Positions 29,045 to 43,300 of a stretch of 64,000 bases of DNA are shown piece after piece. The notes beneath the pieces were generated by a model. That model made no database searches, was not told where the DNA came from, and was given only the letters and a program-made list of their open reading frames with translations. The DNA comes from Fimbriosthenelais zetlandica (taxonomy: Eukaryota). The stretch is from contig OZ365118.1 in assembly GCA_977030845.1 (NCBI GenBank), forward strand, positions 4,216,001 to 4,280,000. Direction: 5' to 3'. Within the stretch, counting starts at the first letter, position 1; every line of letters starts with the position of its first letter. A program made the translations under genes and the position numbers.

Positions 29045-29134
29045 GAGAGAGGGCGGGAGAGTGAGAGAGGGCGGGAGAGTGAGAGAGGGCGGGAGAGTGA
29101 GAGAGGGCGGGAGAGTGAGAGAGGGCGGGAGAGT
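29045..29134. repeat. Minisatellite, 5 x 18 bp (gagagagggcgggagagt)
   Basis: Five identical units, each with GGGCGGG. Confidence 0.97.
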
Positions 29135-32100
29135 GAGAGAGAGGAGGATGGGCTGCCGGCGACGAATATTACCGCAGGTGAAATCTATCCCTACTTCACA
29201 ATGACGTCTCCATCTGAGAAATTGGCAATATCTACATTAAATTGCCAATATTCCAACGAGCCCTCTGTAATCTGGAAAGATGTTTCTAGATTTCAACTCG
29301 GCGGGAAATTTCAGAAGTACTTTCAAATCAATTTCAATAAAGATGAAATAATGAGAGGGAATCAAGGAGAATCATCCCGGCAAATGGAGAAGTTGGGAGA
29401 TAGTCGTTAGTTTGATGACAGAAGGGGAAATGCTTTAATTGAGCAAAGTATTGTTGCTGTTGCTGCCTGCCTGCAACAGCTGTTGTGGGTTGTATGAGTT
29501 CGTATTGGCTGTTTGTATTGGGAGGTATTCTCAGGTATAGGAAACGAACCCCTTCACCTCAAGATACGAAAGGCCTTCCTCAACTAAAGCATCAAAGACA
29601 GTGCAAGTGGCCGGTATTAGGAGGCGGAGGTAGATGTAAGGGCCCGTCAACACCGCTCTGAATAATTAATACACCAGCATTGTTTCATGCACAGAGAGGG
29701 AAAGGTGGGCAGATTGGGTTATGGATGGATGGGAGGTTAAAGGGGGAGGAGATGGGAAGGGGGAAGGGGGACAGGGAAATGGTAGGTAGGGAAATGCAGA
29801 GTCAGCAGTTCTTCCCTCCAGGGTCATGGACACAGGGCTGCTCCAGGGAATGAAGGGGCATGGGGAAGGCAGAGGGAAGATGGTGGACACAACTGGGAAG
29901 AGAGAGGGAGAGGAGAAGGGAAGGAAGGGAGGTTGATGATGGGGGAGGGGAGGTAATAGGCCTGGACAGGTGTGCAGTCAGCACGACTGCTACAAGTATA
30001 GATTTCGTTATAGAATCTATTTCTTTTAGATGGGCTGACAACTCCATTAGACTGAGCCTATCACCTTGAGGAATAAAAGACCTTCTATATATACGGTAGA
30101 GATGTGGGTGACAGTGCCAAACAAGCCACTAAAGTCACTCCCGATGACGCAGGGCGAAAAATAGCAACTTGGTATTAACTCTGCTAACCCAGCATTGATA
30201 GGGGAGCATCTGAAAAGTGCAAAATCGTGAGAAAAACCGCGGAAATAGTGATATTTGCAGCTGGATATTAGTTAATAGAATAAGCATTTAAAGCAGAATG
30301 CATTGTCTCCACAGAGGAATAGACTGTTCTAACAGATCCATTATAGATACATAGAACATAGAGCTGCTGACAGCACCGGACCTGGTGGGATTGGCTTCTC
30401 CCCCTGGTGGCCCATTCCTCAACCATGACTGACCTCACTTGACCTTTGACATGAGAGGTCAAGGCCGGGCTATTGGCTCTTCCTCTGTCAGTGTCCAGGA
30501 TGAATAAGCACCAGCGGACCTAATCACCTCGGTTACTCCCGACTCCCAACTTCCTCCTAAACCTAATATATACAATGGTTCTGGACATGGTCCTTAGGAA
30601 CAATGGAATTAGGTCCATATGAATACATCCTTAAAGGATATTTATAGTCCTAACTTTGATATAAAATGGATACAATTATAACATGATTCAGTAAGATGTT
30701 TCACCAAACAATTCAGCTGTTTTCTCAAGATATTTTGTTCAACTGCTGCTAAAAATATTTGCTGGGTAAGGATTACATTGGAGCACTGATACTTGATCGT
30801 CTCCAATAAATGTTCAAATCATACAAGCAAGCCGAGAATCTTCATAAAAGCTGACTCGTCCATAAATTTAACGATTGTAAGGGATGGAACTTATAGTTCT
30901 AGTTCCCTGTTTCTGTTTTAACCTTAGCATTGAATGTCTCTATTGGCAATCAAGATTTATGTTATCAGTATGAGAAAAATGTTTGCAATGAAATGCTGAA
31001 ACTGGCTCAAGGAGCAAGAGGAGCAATATGAAGTGAAGATGGCGGTATAAGACGGGCGTTAGATGGTGGGACTGTTAGAACATGGTAAGAGAGGAAGGGG
31101 TCACAGAGCGAGGCCTGAAGATTTACAGCCCTAGGCTTGCTATCTTGTTGCCAATCTCCGGCAGACAATTGCCCTTCTTGAATATCAACTGTTTGCAGGG
31201 CGGAACTGACGACCGAAGCCCGCCATCGACTCTTGTTGAGCGTCGTGAAAAACTGAGCTTTCAACAGAATAGTGGGAGAGTGTATGAGGCAATTCTGCTA
31301 CACAGCCTCCCTGCCTGCCACTCTGTCAATTTATACAAAATCTATTCAAGCTGAAATGCTAATATTTTTCAACAGTTGAGAGTGAAATTGAGGCATTTTC
31401 CTGGCATCATTTTTGCATCTGTTGATGTCAAATTTCCGTTGCAGTATTGAAGCTAATGTTTCTCAAAGTTGGCAAAGTTGTAATGAGGTAAAATGGTGAT
31501 GATATGATTATATGTGACACCCAACTGAAGGTAGCAGCATCTGATGAAATGTAACGATCATCTACTCGGACTAAAACCATTGGATCCGTTTCAATGAGGG
31601 ACAGGACACCATTAAGCAGCGATAGAGAAGAGGTCTCGGGTTCTAGTGGTTATATCATAGGAGGGATTAAGGGAATGAATGAGCAATGGAAGCAGGGACA
31701 TGTGAGAAGGACAGGTGAGAAAGAAGGACAGGTGTTCCCAGGATAGGATATCCTACAACGGTCTAATACTTTCAGTGGGTGAAAACGGCTGAATTTACTA
31801 AGAAATACTTCAGAGTATCAAGTTCTAACAGATTTCACACAGAGACTCAATGGCAAACAGCGTTTTAATGCTGAGTCAGTTGAAAAGCGTTTTGCTGTTT
31901 TATTGCATTGCCTTTTTCAACCTTTTCCCAACTGTATAAAATGTCTGGCTCTCTCCAAAATCCATGACCGATGTACCACATGCAATACCTCATTTCATAT
32001 ACTACTTTATATTCATAAGGTTAATGCATTCCCTTAATAAAATCCTCCTTACCATAGACTACTAGGCTATCCTGAGACAATGGGTTATGTCATAGACTAC

Positions 32101-34255
32101 TCAAATAGAGTGAATGCGCTTGCAATTGCATTTAGCTGCTGGGCGTAACCATTCTGATGTTAGGTAAAATCTAGCATTATTTTAGGGAGAGATGTGGAAG
32201 GATTGAGTGAGGATTGGAGTAGGCTGTAGGGTACTCAACATTGAAAGCTTCTGATAGGAAGACTGGGTGCATTAACCCCGCACCAACAAAACCCGCAACC
32301 CAGCCTGCATGTCTGTGTAGATCAGGATATGAGCTGCTCAAAGGAGACGCTCAGTGTATGGCCATGAGCAGATCTGTACAGGCGAGCTGCTCCATCTACC
32401 ACTCCATTGACGGGCTGTCCCACAACCCATGGGTGCCTTATTATCACCCCCAACCCCCATGATCCGGGCTCAACCCGTCAAGGGTGGTCGATATACTTTT
32501 ACCCCTTTCTCACCGAACCCTTGCTGTAAACCCCCGCGAGCTAGCCACAGCTGTGGTACAAAGGGACGGTAGAGAATGGGGTTGATGAATGTTTCACCCC
32601 TCAAAGGGCTCGCTGCAGGCCAGGCCACCTTTTGTACATGTGAGATGTATCTTTGGCAGTAGATGGGCCAGTTGATCCTCGGTGGTAGGCGAGTGGAAGG
32701 CAGTGATACGTAATGTTTGGCACGGTCTCGCGACTTTTACCCTGCCTTATGTCCCACAAGCTTCCTCTCTCTCAGCTTACTTTCAGGATTTATTTCTACT
32801 GAATCGCTGGGAGCTTTCCCAGGTTCTATCGGCAAGAGAAGAAGATACTTCTGTTACAGCCAAGTAAAACAGGTTAATTGGAACCCAATGCTGCTGTTGT
32901 ATTGAATTGAGGGAAAGTTGATGACAAAAAACAGAGCACTTGTTAATCTGTACATGATTGTAGAAATTGCTTTTTGGATTTTAAGCTCGAATCCTGTTAA
33001 CATATTATCCACTTGAACTTGCCAAGAAGGCAATGACAATATGATGGCAAATTCATCCAGTAAGGCTAAGCTATATTGAGGAGTAGTATAAGAATTGGCA
33101 CTGAAGGCAAAATATAGCCTGGTCAGATCTCTTATATAGACAGAGGTCACCGCGGAAGGTCACCCATCTCACAACATCCACTCCCCCTCCCGGCGAACAG
33201 GTCAATTGCGAGAATATTGAATGGTGTATCCCCCAATAATATTTTTGTCATTTCTGGGATGAATCCAGAAGTAAAGCGTGGGGTAGAAGTAGACAAAGAT
33301 GATGGCGTGGTGGGGATGGTTTGCTGGATGGTAAGTGGTTGGCGACAGCGCCGCCCAGTGAGCCAGGCGGATAATAATCTCACAGCCCGCAGCTAACTGT
33401 CCATGTCCCCCTCTAGTGGTGGCTTTATACATTACAGTCAGTGGGGGCACAGGGGGCAGATGGGTTCTTAATAGAAAACACTAATCTGATAGAAGCTTAC
33501 ACTAAACTTCTTACAGTAAGCAGCAATAGTGCGGCCATCATGAGCGATGTATGGCGGCGCCCACAGGGGGCGGCCATGATTCATTTACTGCGGGATTGAG
33601 GTGAATAGGACCGCAGTAAATACTCATCCCGGTACAAGCTGTGCTTGGCTAACCCCCTTACTATTCCCTCTAATAGAATGGTGAGGCATCAATGTATTTT
33701 TTAATAACGGGGAAGGGGAATGGGGAAGGGGAATGGGGAAGGGAGTGAATGGGCTGGGGGAAGTGGGAATCACGGGGGCTGGAAGGGATGGAATAGTTAT
33801 AACAATGCCCGCTGGTGGAGTTTTAATTCCCACGGGCAGATCCAGGGGGCGGTAAACGAGGCCTCGAGATATGCATATAAATGAGATACGTGCCCCTGGA
33901 AATCCCCAAACCGCCAACAAGCCCAATACTGGAGATGGAACTCACAAGTCTCAGGTCTCATTGACATACATGTACTCTATGTAGGGAATTGGGATTTAAT
34001 TAAATCATTCAGTTCATGAGTACTGATATTGTATCATAATATTATAACCTGACAATGATCCATGCTTTATAGCGGGACCTGGTATTAAATATAGCCCAAT
34101 TAAGGTTCATTAGTCAGGCAAATACAGTCTTATATATGGTCCGATTACGAGCATTAAGGGTATGACCATATATACCCTAACGAGTCTATAGAAAGTGGCC
34201 TGTGACGCAGGCTCCATAATGGGCAGGAATGAGTAGTATATAGAGGTGAACGTTA

Positions 34256-34350
34256 GGAGCAGGGACTCTGGAGCGGGGACAGTGGAGCAGGGACAGTGGA
34301 GCAGGGACAGTAGAGCAGGGACTCTGGAGCAGGGACTCTGGAACAGGGAC
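34256..34350. repeat. Minisatellite, ~7 x 14 bp (ggagcagggac[tc/ag]t)
   Basis: Units seen at 14-bp period with two alternating variants. Confidence 0.92.
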
Positions 34351-37300
34351 CTGATGCACCATACAGTACTGTACATCAAGGGGATTAAGTGAAGTCCCTT
34401 AAGCTTCAATGAGAAGTACAGTGACTGAGCTAAGACAATAATTACACTGAGGTTAACCTGTGGTTAGGGACCTGGTGCGCCACCCACCACCCAGCCCTGC
34501 CACCCACCTCGGCTCCCATGCCCAATGATGGATTTTTCAGGGCTTTTTGGACACTAAATGGATTATGTCTTAATCCCAAAGGATAAATATTATCCGTGAC
34601 CTGCAGGTGGATGTCAATAAGATGGATGGTTGACATTAGTAATCACATTGATCTGTGGGGAGTGGTGACGGGGGATCATCCCGACTTCCCCCACCTCACT
34701 CATTGAGCGGCCGACCCGGGGTTATCTTACAATTACACCTATAGAGGCTTCTATTGTCTTTATAGTCTGTCTTTATATGGTGTAAAGTGTCTCACTGGGC
34801 ATTGAGTGGCTCACTTAACTATGGCAGTACATTAAATCAGATAGAGATTCTTCAGTAAAGGAATTGTAAGAGAAACGTATATATAGAAATGTAGGAAATA
34901 GTGCAAAATTAAAGGTTGTGAATGTGAATGAAAAATATATCTATAAGATTAAATATAAATATGTTGACTGTAATTAATTCATTACATCATTAATAGAGCC
35001 GTGGGGGGGATTCAGCCCATGCTCTGTGAGGCTAGGATGAGTCAGGTACGCCCGCCTATACACCTGGAGCTGTGAGGACGGATTTAATGCGGGGAATAGA
35101 CGGTAAATGAAGCAGGCGCCTGGAGGGAGATGGTAGGCCGGGTTTAGTGCATGGGGTGAGGGGGTGAGGGGTGTTAATTAGTGTTAATGAGGGGTAATGG
35201 ACCGTGTGATCCGGGTCTTTAAGATGGCGGCGGATGGAGCCTTCCTGCGCTAATGGCGGTCAAATGATCTGACATTGCCACCTCTCTCATCCTGCGGTAA
35301 AAAACACCCCGCGGCAGGTTCTACCATACATGACATAACAATAGATGATGAAAGGACAACTGACAAGGTTTACAATGTAAGTCTGGTGATAAATATTTAA
35401 ATATTCCAGGTAAATATCTTTCAACGAAGCGGAATTTAATGGCCTGGCGATCCCGGATCTCTCGGAAATTTTATGACAGATTTCAGAATGCAAAAATCAT
35501 GTGTGATCCATAAATAGAGAAAGATTCATTGATAGATATTGGTGCTAGGGGATGTATACAATATTGGGTCATCAAATTGAGCGAGGGATAAAAGAAACAA
35601 AAGACCCACGAATACCAAATACATACAAATACCCCAGGGATGTTTGGAACCATATAAATGACCGTGAAGTATCCCCATATATAGATACAAACTTTTCCAG
35701 GCCAAATACCAGGCAATCCTACAACATCCATCCAACTTGAGAAGGCAAATATTTTAATAGAATGACTTTGTTTGCTGTAGAAGGATGCCATACGTCATTG
35801 TTGTGGGTGAAGTGCTATAAGAATGCCAGCAGGGGGCGCGTGCGTGACAGGTGCTGGACTAATGCACGCCGCCATATTGATTCTCTAGCGCTAGTAGCGC
35901 CATCAGTGGTGAATTAATTAACCAGGGGTGAGAGGAGAGATCAGCTTCAGCCAATCATATATCAGGGAACATGCTGATCTGATGCTCGTATCAACACCTG
36001 CTGGATTCACACCAAAACTGAATCATGAGTAAGAATATAGCTGAGTGTATAGCCCTATCTGCACAAATACTGAGTCAAGTTTTAATTAATGTAACTTCAA
36101 CAGTGATTGGGATTCTTTTGAAGCCGCTCAGCATAATTAAGAATTCATTTTTGTCAAACTCCGGCTTGGAGAAAAATTGCATCAGGTCAGAAGTGGATCA
36201 AAGCGTGATAAAAAACCCCTCAAGTTGTAATCTGCTTTCCATCTGTTTTTGAAAGAAAAGTCCATGGAAACTTTCCCATGATTGGGGAACAGAGGGAAAG
36301 ACAAAAAGCCATGACCTGTGAGTGAAGTAGATCCATGTTTGTAACCATGGTAATCTAATACAAGTACAGATAAAGGTCCGTGAGATGGGCTACAATGACA
36401 GGCATACTCCCCTCTCGTTGTCTCCTATTCTCCTGAATCGACAGCGATAAAAGAGGGAGAATTCCTTTGATAAGGACCACACAGATGTGTGTGATTCTTT
36501 ACAATGGTAGAATCTGAGGCACTGATAGGCTATCTCTCCACCACCACACCCTCCACTGATGCTATGTACCAGCACACGGCTTCCAACACACTGACGACAT
36601 CAGCCTTGGGAAATATAAATAATGTGAATAAAAAATGATAGAAATCAAAAGAGGGATTATTTTACTTGGTCTCACACACTCAGGGATGGGGGCAGGGATA
36701 CAGGACTGTCCCTATATAGGAGCTTGAGGCTAAAAACAGGGAAACGCTGGTGCACATGGATTGATATTTTCAACACTTGAGAGGACAGGGAGAGGTGGAG
36801 GGCTAGAGAGACAGAGACAGAGAGATGGTAGAGAGCAGGAGATGGAAACAGAGATGGGGAGAAGGGGAAAAGGGAGATAGTTAGAGGGAAAAGAGAGGGA
36901 AAAAGGAGAGAGAAAGACATGTCCTGTGATCTGGCCTAAAGAGGGGATGTATTCAGGGAAGTGGTTGGTAGGGTGGGAGGAGTGTAGGTAGCCCATGTTA
37001 GAGGTATTGATGGCTGACATATAGACACTCGTGTTTTTATCATGGTGAAGGGATGCTACTGACTGAGCGTGAACTGGTCTTTACCCATACACATGATCTA
37101 AATATTTAAATCCTCTTATCTGCCCTTTGATGTGAGGACATTAAATCTTTCATGAAAAATGACATGATTTTTCTTATGCATCCTATTCGTCTACCTTCCT
37201 TGATGGATTTTATGGTCGCTTGACCAAGATCCTTGCACCTAACATTGCTGTGCTCTAGGGCAATACCTTAGACATATCCAGACTATATCTGAATGTACAT

Positions 37301-40300
37301 TTTAGTAACTCATATAAGATTTTCAATCGTTCCCAAAGGGATGCTCTGAGAGTAAGATATCTGGATTGAGGTGTGGAAGGAGCGAGTGGCCGTGGGAGAG
37401 AATCTTGTAATAAATTTCCTATTGGCCAGCTTATGACAGGATGTCCTGAAGTCAGTCAGTGAGGCCATGTATCAGCTTGAACGTCTGACGAGACCCATTA
37501 CCACTCACCACGTGATAATACCTGAGGACCTTTTAAACGATTGCCCGTCTCCCGCGGGCCCCTCCCATATCTATCACTCTCACCATCAATAATTCACGTG
37601 TTAAACCTTGTCTTTCAATCTAAATCCTTCACCAGAAAGGACACAAAAACTCAGTTGGCATTTGGCAGGTGGAGGACGGCTGCCGCAATCATCCGCCATG
37701 TTGGATTGGTGTAAGAAATGGCCAGTAGGGTTGTCACCAGTATAAAAGTGGGATTTGGAGGCGCCTGGGAAGAAGAGGAGAGGGAGATTTTGGTTCGCAT
37801 GAGAGAGTTGTACAACAGGTTTTGTGCTGACACAGGAGGGAGGCATTATATCCCATGTACCCCTCCTAGCAGGTGTAAATCTAGAGGTGCTCCCTCGGGG
37901 CCTCATTATAATCCCTTACTTTCTGACATTTAAGAGAAGTGAACATTAATTATTAACACCCCTTACCAATCTTCATCAACCTACTGTGGACTGGTAAGAG
38001 TTCAAGGACATGAAACCCAGTTCAGCTAAATTTCATTTTACAGATATTTTACGAGGTCTGAGATATTTTACGAGGACTGAGACCGATCCACAAAAAGAAC
38101 CCGCTGTCGAGATCAAATTCTATTTAACAAGTTGATGTTATTGTGTTTAAGTGCTGAAATGGATGCCGCCTCATGCTTTAAGAAATCTATAAATGGACGT
38201 TTTTCGTCTCTGTATCACAAAGCTCTGTTGACTTGGGAGCGAACCCACAAATGGAGACAAGATGTCTGTATTTGTGGCGGGCTAAATCAAGCAGGAGGGG
38301 GTATTAATTATTGATATACATGGATGTCTCTTTTACTTTCATTTCTGTCCTTTCTCTCGTGTCATGCACATTGCCTGTGAGGCCTGCATTAGGCGAGCAG
38401 TCACGTGGATGTCATGTGATACATGGGGTCTAGGCCAGGTCCATTAGGACCTTATAGAGGGCGCAGCAGTGCAGACACACGGAGACAAATCAATACTAAA
38501 TATCATATTGCCACATGGCAACAAACAATTCATACAGGGACCTGTTTCCCTTCCTCTGCTGCTCCTTTTCCCACCGTGCAAACCTGAGGGACGGGGAAGA
38601 GGGAAAGTAGGCAAGTAGCTGATTAATTGTCACTCGTACTAGTGGGACTAGAGTCAATTGTTGAACACCCCTCGTCCCACGGCCAGCTAATGACGTAAAG
38701 TGATTAATTAGCAACAATTGCTCCCCCTGTAAATAGAGAAGGGCCTTCTCTATGGCAATCATCCATAGTCGTTCCCAATCACTGCAATTATTGCAATGTA
38801 CATGCCATTGAAAATTAATAAGAGCAAAGAAAATCACATTGTTGAACTTTTTCCGCGCCAAAAAGTGAATATTTGAGGGGTAAATTCTTCTATGATGAAT
38901 TGCAATTTGTCAGTTGTTTGCCTTGATAAAATTGGGAATGGCTGGTCCAAAAACTGGAGGCAAATAAGGAAATACATTCCTAGCCTTGTGCCAACCTTAC
39001 AGATGCCAAGCATTGATCAGCCTGAGGGGGAGAGGAGTGTAGTTACATCCATACACCAGGCATACTCCTACCTCCAATTATGGCCACCCTTGACCAAGCC
39101 AGCCAAGAAATCCACAGGCAATTTTCCTTTAAGGTATTTGACGGAAACCCTAAAGAACCTCATTAAAACTTTTCGCTTTCCTGACTGGGTCCTTCTGCAA
39201 AGGCTGAAACAGTGACATTGGTCGAACAATCGTTCTAGTAACAAACATCTGTTAATAATTTCACCAGATTTCATGTTCATGAAAGCCATGTCAGAGGTGA
39301 ATGTATTGAGTATATAATATTTAAGGTAAGTGTCCATCTATGGTGATGTAGTACACCTCATCTGGCCCCGTCCCAGGAGAGCACCTCCCGTACCCAGTAG
39401 AAGGTAATCACGTGTGGGTTTATGACTCCATGGTGACATGAGCAGATACACCGGGGCTCTTTGATGAGCTGCTCTTTCTGTTCTATAATTGATCTCCTCT
39501 CTATAATTGATAGAAAGTATCAATGGGAAAGATGGACGTATGGACCAAGCATGAACAAGTACAACCTGGTCTTAGGTAGAGTGCATAGTAGAGAAACCAT
39601 AATCATAATACCAACTTTGGCAAGGTTCAATATCCAACTATTTGCAGTGAATATTGTAGGCATATACCAACAATATTGGCAAGGTTCAATACTCAACTGT
39701 TCCAAAAAGAATGTGAAAACTTCATATATGGAACATGTTCTGTCTTTGATTCACAGGTGAAAGTGCTTGAGGGGAGGTAAAAGACATGAGCAACTCGGCC
39801 TATAGCACAAGTCAAATATTGGTGAGAGCAGCTCATAGTGGGAGTTGTTAGTGGGTGAAGAAATGGCAGTGGCAGGCCATAACCAAATGATGGAAACGGG
39901 GAATGGTTTGAGTCGGGGGAAGTAGGGAGTAGGGTGAGGTTACTGTATGGAGGTATGATGGGTGGTACCTGATGGGGATAAAGATGGGTCGGGGAGATGG
40001 AGGGAGAGGGAAGAAGGGAGAAGGTAGGTAGGAATGAGCAGGTGGTTTGAAGGAAGAAGTGAGGGACTGTTGCGTAGTGAACATGACACCCCAGTTACTC
40101 CAGTTTCACATCATACAGATGTAAGTGAGATTGAAATGCTGATTAATATTACCATCATCTTCTCAACTTTAACATTAATATAATGTAGACCTGTAAGTTG
40201 AATAATACCTACATGTATATCAGTTACAACCCAATACCGCTCCCATCTAACAACCCATATCTTCCCTGGCCAGGAAAACCTGGTCAACCCAAATTGATTC

Positions 40301-43300
40301 CTAAATCAATATGGAATAGACCTTAACCGATATGGCTCATTTTCAGATAGCTTTTCCACGGCTCAGAATTCTCAGGATATATAATAGGGATATTTAATTT
40401 CCATGTACATTTCATTCTGGGTATATTAAAGGACTAAATCCAACAGTGATATAAATACAACATCAAAGGGATTTGGGTAAATTTGCCCAAAAAATATAAG
40501 AAACGCAGAATGTGTGAAATCTTGGTTAATGTAAAAGACTGTCGATGGAGCATGGAGGGAGACTAACCTGGATCTTTATGATTATGAGGAGAAAGTGGCG
40601 AGCATTAGTGAGATCAGTGGGCGTGGTCTGGGGTATGAGTGATGGGCGGACGATGGTCAATAATATGAAAGTGTTTCTATGTAGACCTCGGCTCAGAGTC
40701 CTAGCCTCTCTATCCATCATTACATAGCTACAGATCAGACAGAAATATGTCCACTACAAACAGAGACAAAAAAACACTCACTTAATTAACCTCAAAGTTT
40801 GTTCATACTTGGTGCAAATAAATCTGTTATTTCGGGGGCTTTCTCATAAAATATAATGGTCATAACGCATACATATAGCGTTGTATAATGACATGTTAGT
40901 TTTTCTATGAGAAGCCCCCTGTTTTGGAGCAGACAGAGGGATAGTAAAGTATTGATTGGGCTGGGGAGACTGGATTATTTTGAGAGATCGCTGATTTTAG
41001 GATGTTTGTGCTTGGTTAGCCGGGTCGGGGATGGACGGGGGTGGACTCTGTCATACTACATGTATATATGAAGCAGACTTATAGACAGACATATTTGTCT
41101 ATTGGTCGCCAAAAATAGACGTGCTATCAGACAATCGATGAGTTTTTATACAGTAAAATTGGGCGACAGCTAAAATCTACATTTATAGAAACACAATTTT
41201 TTCTCTTCTTTCAAAGCAAGCTAACTTTTCTTTGTAAGGTGATGAGCTAGGGAAATTGCCTTTTCGATATAGATTTTTCATTTCCTATCAGATTATAATT
41301 CAATTTCCATGAGGGAGATGAGTATGGAATTTGATAGGAAGCCTTGGAGCTAGTCTAGGCTGAGAGAAGATGATATATATGAGAGTTAGCATGGTAATGA
41401 TGAGCAGCATAGAGGGGATGTGGGTAATCAGGAGACTACCCGGTGATCCTACCACAGATGGTCTGAATGGGTATTATACGGCCAGACGATCACCACACAT
41501 ATACATCTCTCACTCTCATATTTGTCATTCTCCAAAAAATTAGACAGGCAAATATGAAAAGGGTGTGTCTAGCTGCCTATCTGTCACTGACAGGGTCCCT
41601 GTTAGATTCTATAGATTGTTTGAGCATTGAAAGTACACTAGGATAGCACTGTAGTAGGTACTTAGTAAATAGGGCAAACTTAGGGTAGGTTTCAAACCCA
41701 AAATTTTACTAAAGGCTAATGTAATTTAAGCCTATATTTGTTATGAAACAAATGAAATGAATGGATAGTGATTTAAGGGAATGACAGCAACTACAAATAT
41801 AAAGTTCCTAGTCAATCTCAACTATGATCATATAGTGCCTGGAGTATACAATCATTTGATATTCAAGTGAAGTTAAGTCTGAAACTTCCGAAGGTCATTC
41901 TCACTGAGATTTAAATGAATTAATCTGCTGAATCCGGCGTTAATTATTACGTCCTGGGCTGAGGTTGTGCATATTGAAATTCCAGTTAATTAGGTGAAGT
42001 TGGCAGTGGCTTAGCTCAGTCATTACCGCTCCCTCAGCCCGTGGGAAATCAGCCTTTAATTTCTAATTAAATTATGGATTATTATTCCTCCCAATATCAT
42101 TATGTGGTAATCTGAGAGTGAGAGGGGTATAGAATATATGATGAGCCATTCAAACACTCCTAATCTGTGAGTGCAAACATCGGCACACGATTAAATGGGG
42201 TTCGGAAATTTTAGAATGATTATTAAATTCAATTCCGTCACACTTGAACTTTGGCCTCATCACAAAATTAAAAGCCAGTCTCAATAATTAGAAATCTGAG
42301 AGCTTAATTAAGAAATATGATAACTATTTTGAAATTAAATCATTTGGGTCAATATAAACATTCATTAGGACACCAGTTGAACTATGTTGCATCCACGGTG
42401 GGATTTATATGATGAAAGACGTCAGATGAACGCAATCAATGAGGGTTTCATATTGAAATTCGCTGAGTCATTCTTATTGGTGGAGTATTTTTTTCTATGG
42501 GACTTTTTGCCGGGATGTGACGAGGCAGTAGGCGGGGTGGAGGGGAGGAATGTGTATTAGGATTATCCCCGCTGGTTGTTTAAGCAATATTGGAGGAAAT
42601 TGAGCTCCCGACTCGTGTGAGCAGACAGAGGAATGGGAAGCAGATTTACCATATCTATAGACCGATATTTTAAATCAGGGCCGAGATATTAGATTCTAGA
42701 TACATGTATAAGTTCAGATATAAGTAAGTTCGGATCCCTGCCTCCAAAAGGGCCCCCTTCCCCATCCACCATTGCTCCGAAAAATAAGGAATGAGGAGGA
42801 ATTTTAATACCTGAATTCACAGGCAAATACGAGTGGGAAGCCGGAGTCAAATAACAGATGAAACTTCTCACTAAATTCTCAGCAACATCAGGATTGATTT
42901 CAATCTCAAAGTTGACTTTATCCCTTCCTTCTCCAAATATTAAAATGTCAAAAAAATCCCAAGTAGGAAATTGATATTCACATGGGCTTATCCAACGCTC
43001 AGTCTGCCATTTCAAATCAAGGTATTTGACAACATTTTTGTATGATTTTTTTTTACAGGTGTGGAGATGGACATTATGTGATCTCTTCATGCCCTCAAGT
43101 TCAGGCAGGATGATCTAATGTACAAGTGTCCACTCAACATGAAGGACATCAATCTGCTGTGGACCCACTACTAGTAGGTCTCTTTATTTCTATAAACATC
43201 TATGCAGATATTATTCAATTCTAAATGTAGAGTGGAATTTTGCATAACCATATCTCTATCCCTCACATTTGTGGCTAAAGATTCCTTGATTTCCAGTCAA

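Noticed and set aside
42001-42016. miR-34-like 16-mer tggcagtggcttagct
   Set aside because: No star arm (cactgcc-like) downstream; 3' end does not match.
42689-43090. 133-aa minus-strand ORF (and the other 60-140 aa ORFs in 1-53 kb)
   Set aside because: No recognisable domain, no consistent splice signals, often low-complexity; lengths compatible with chance.
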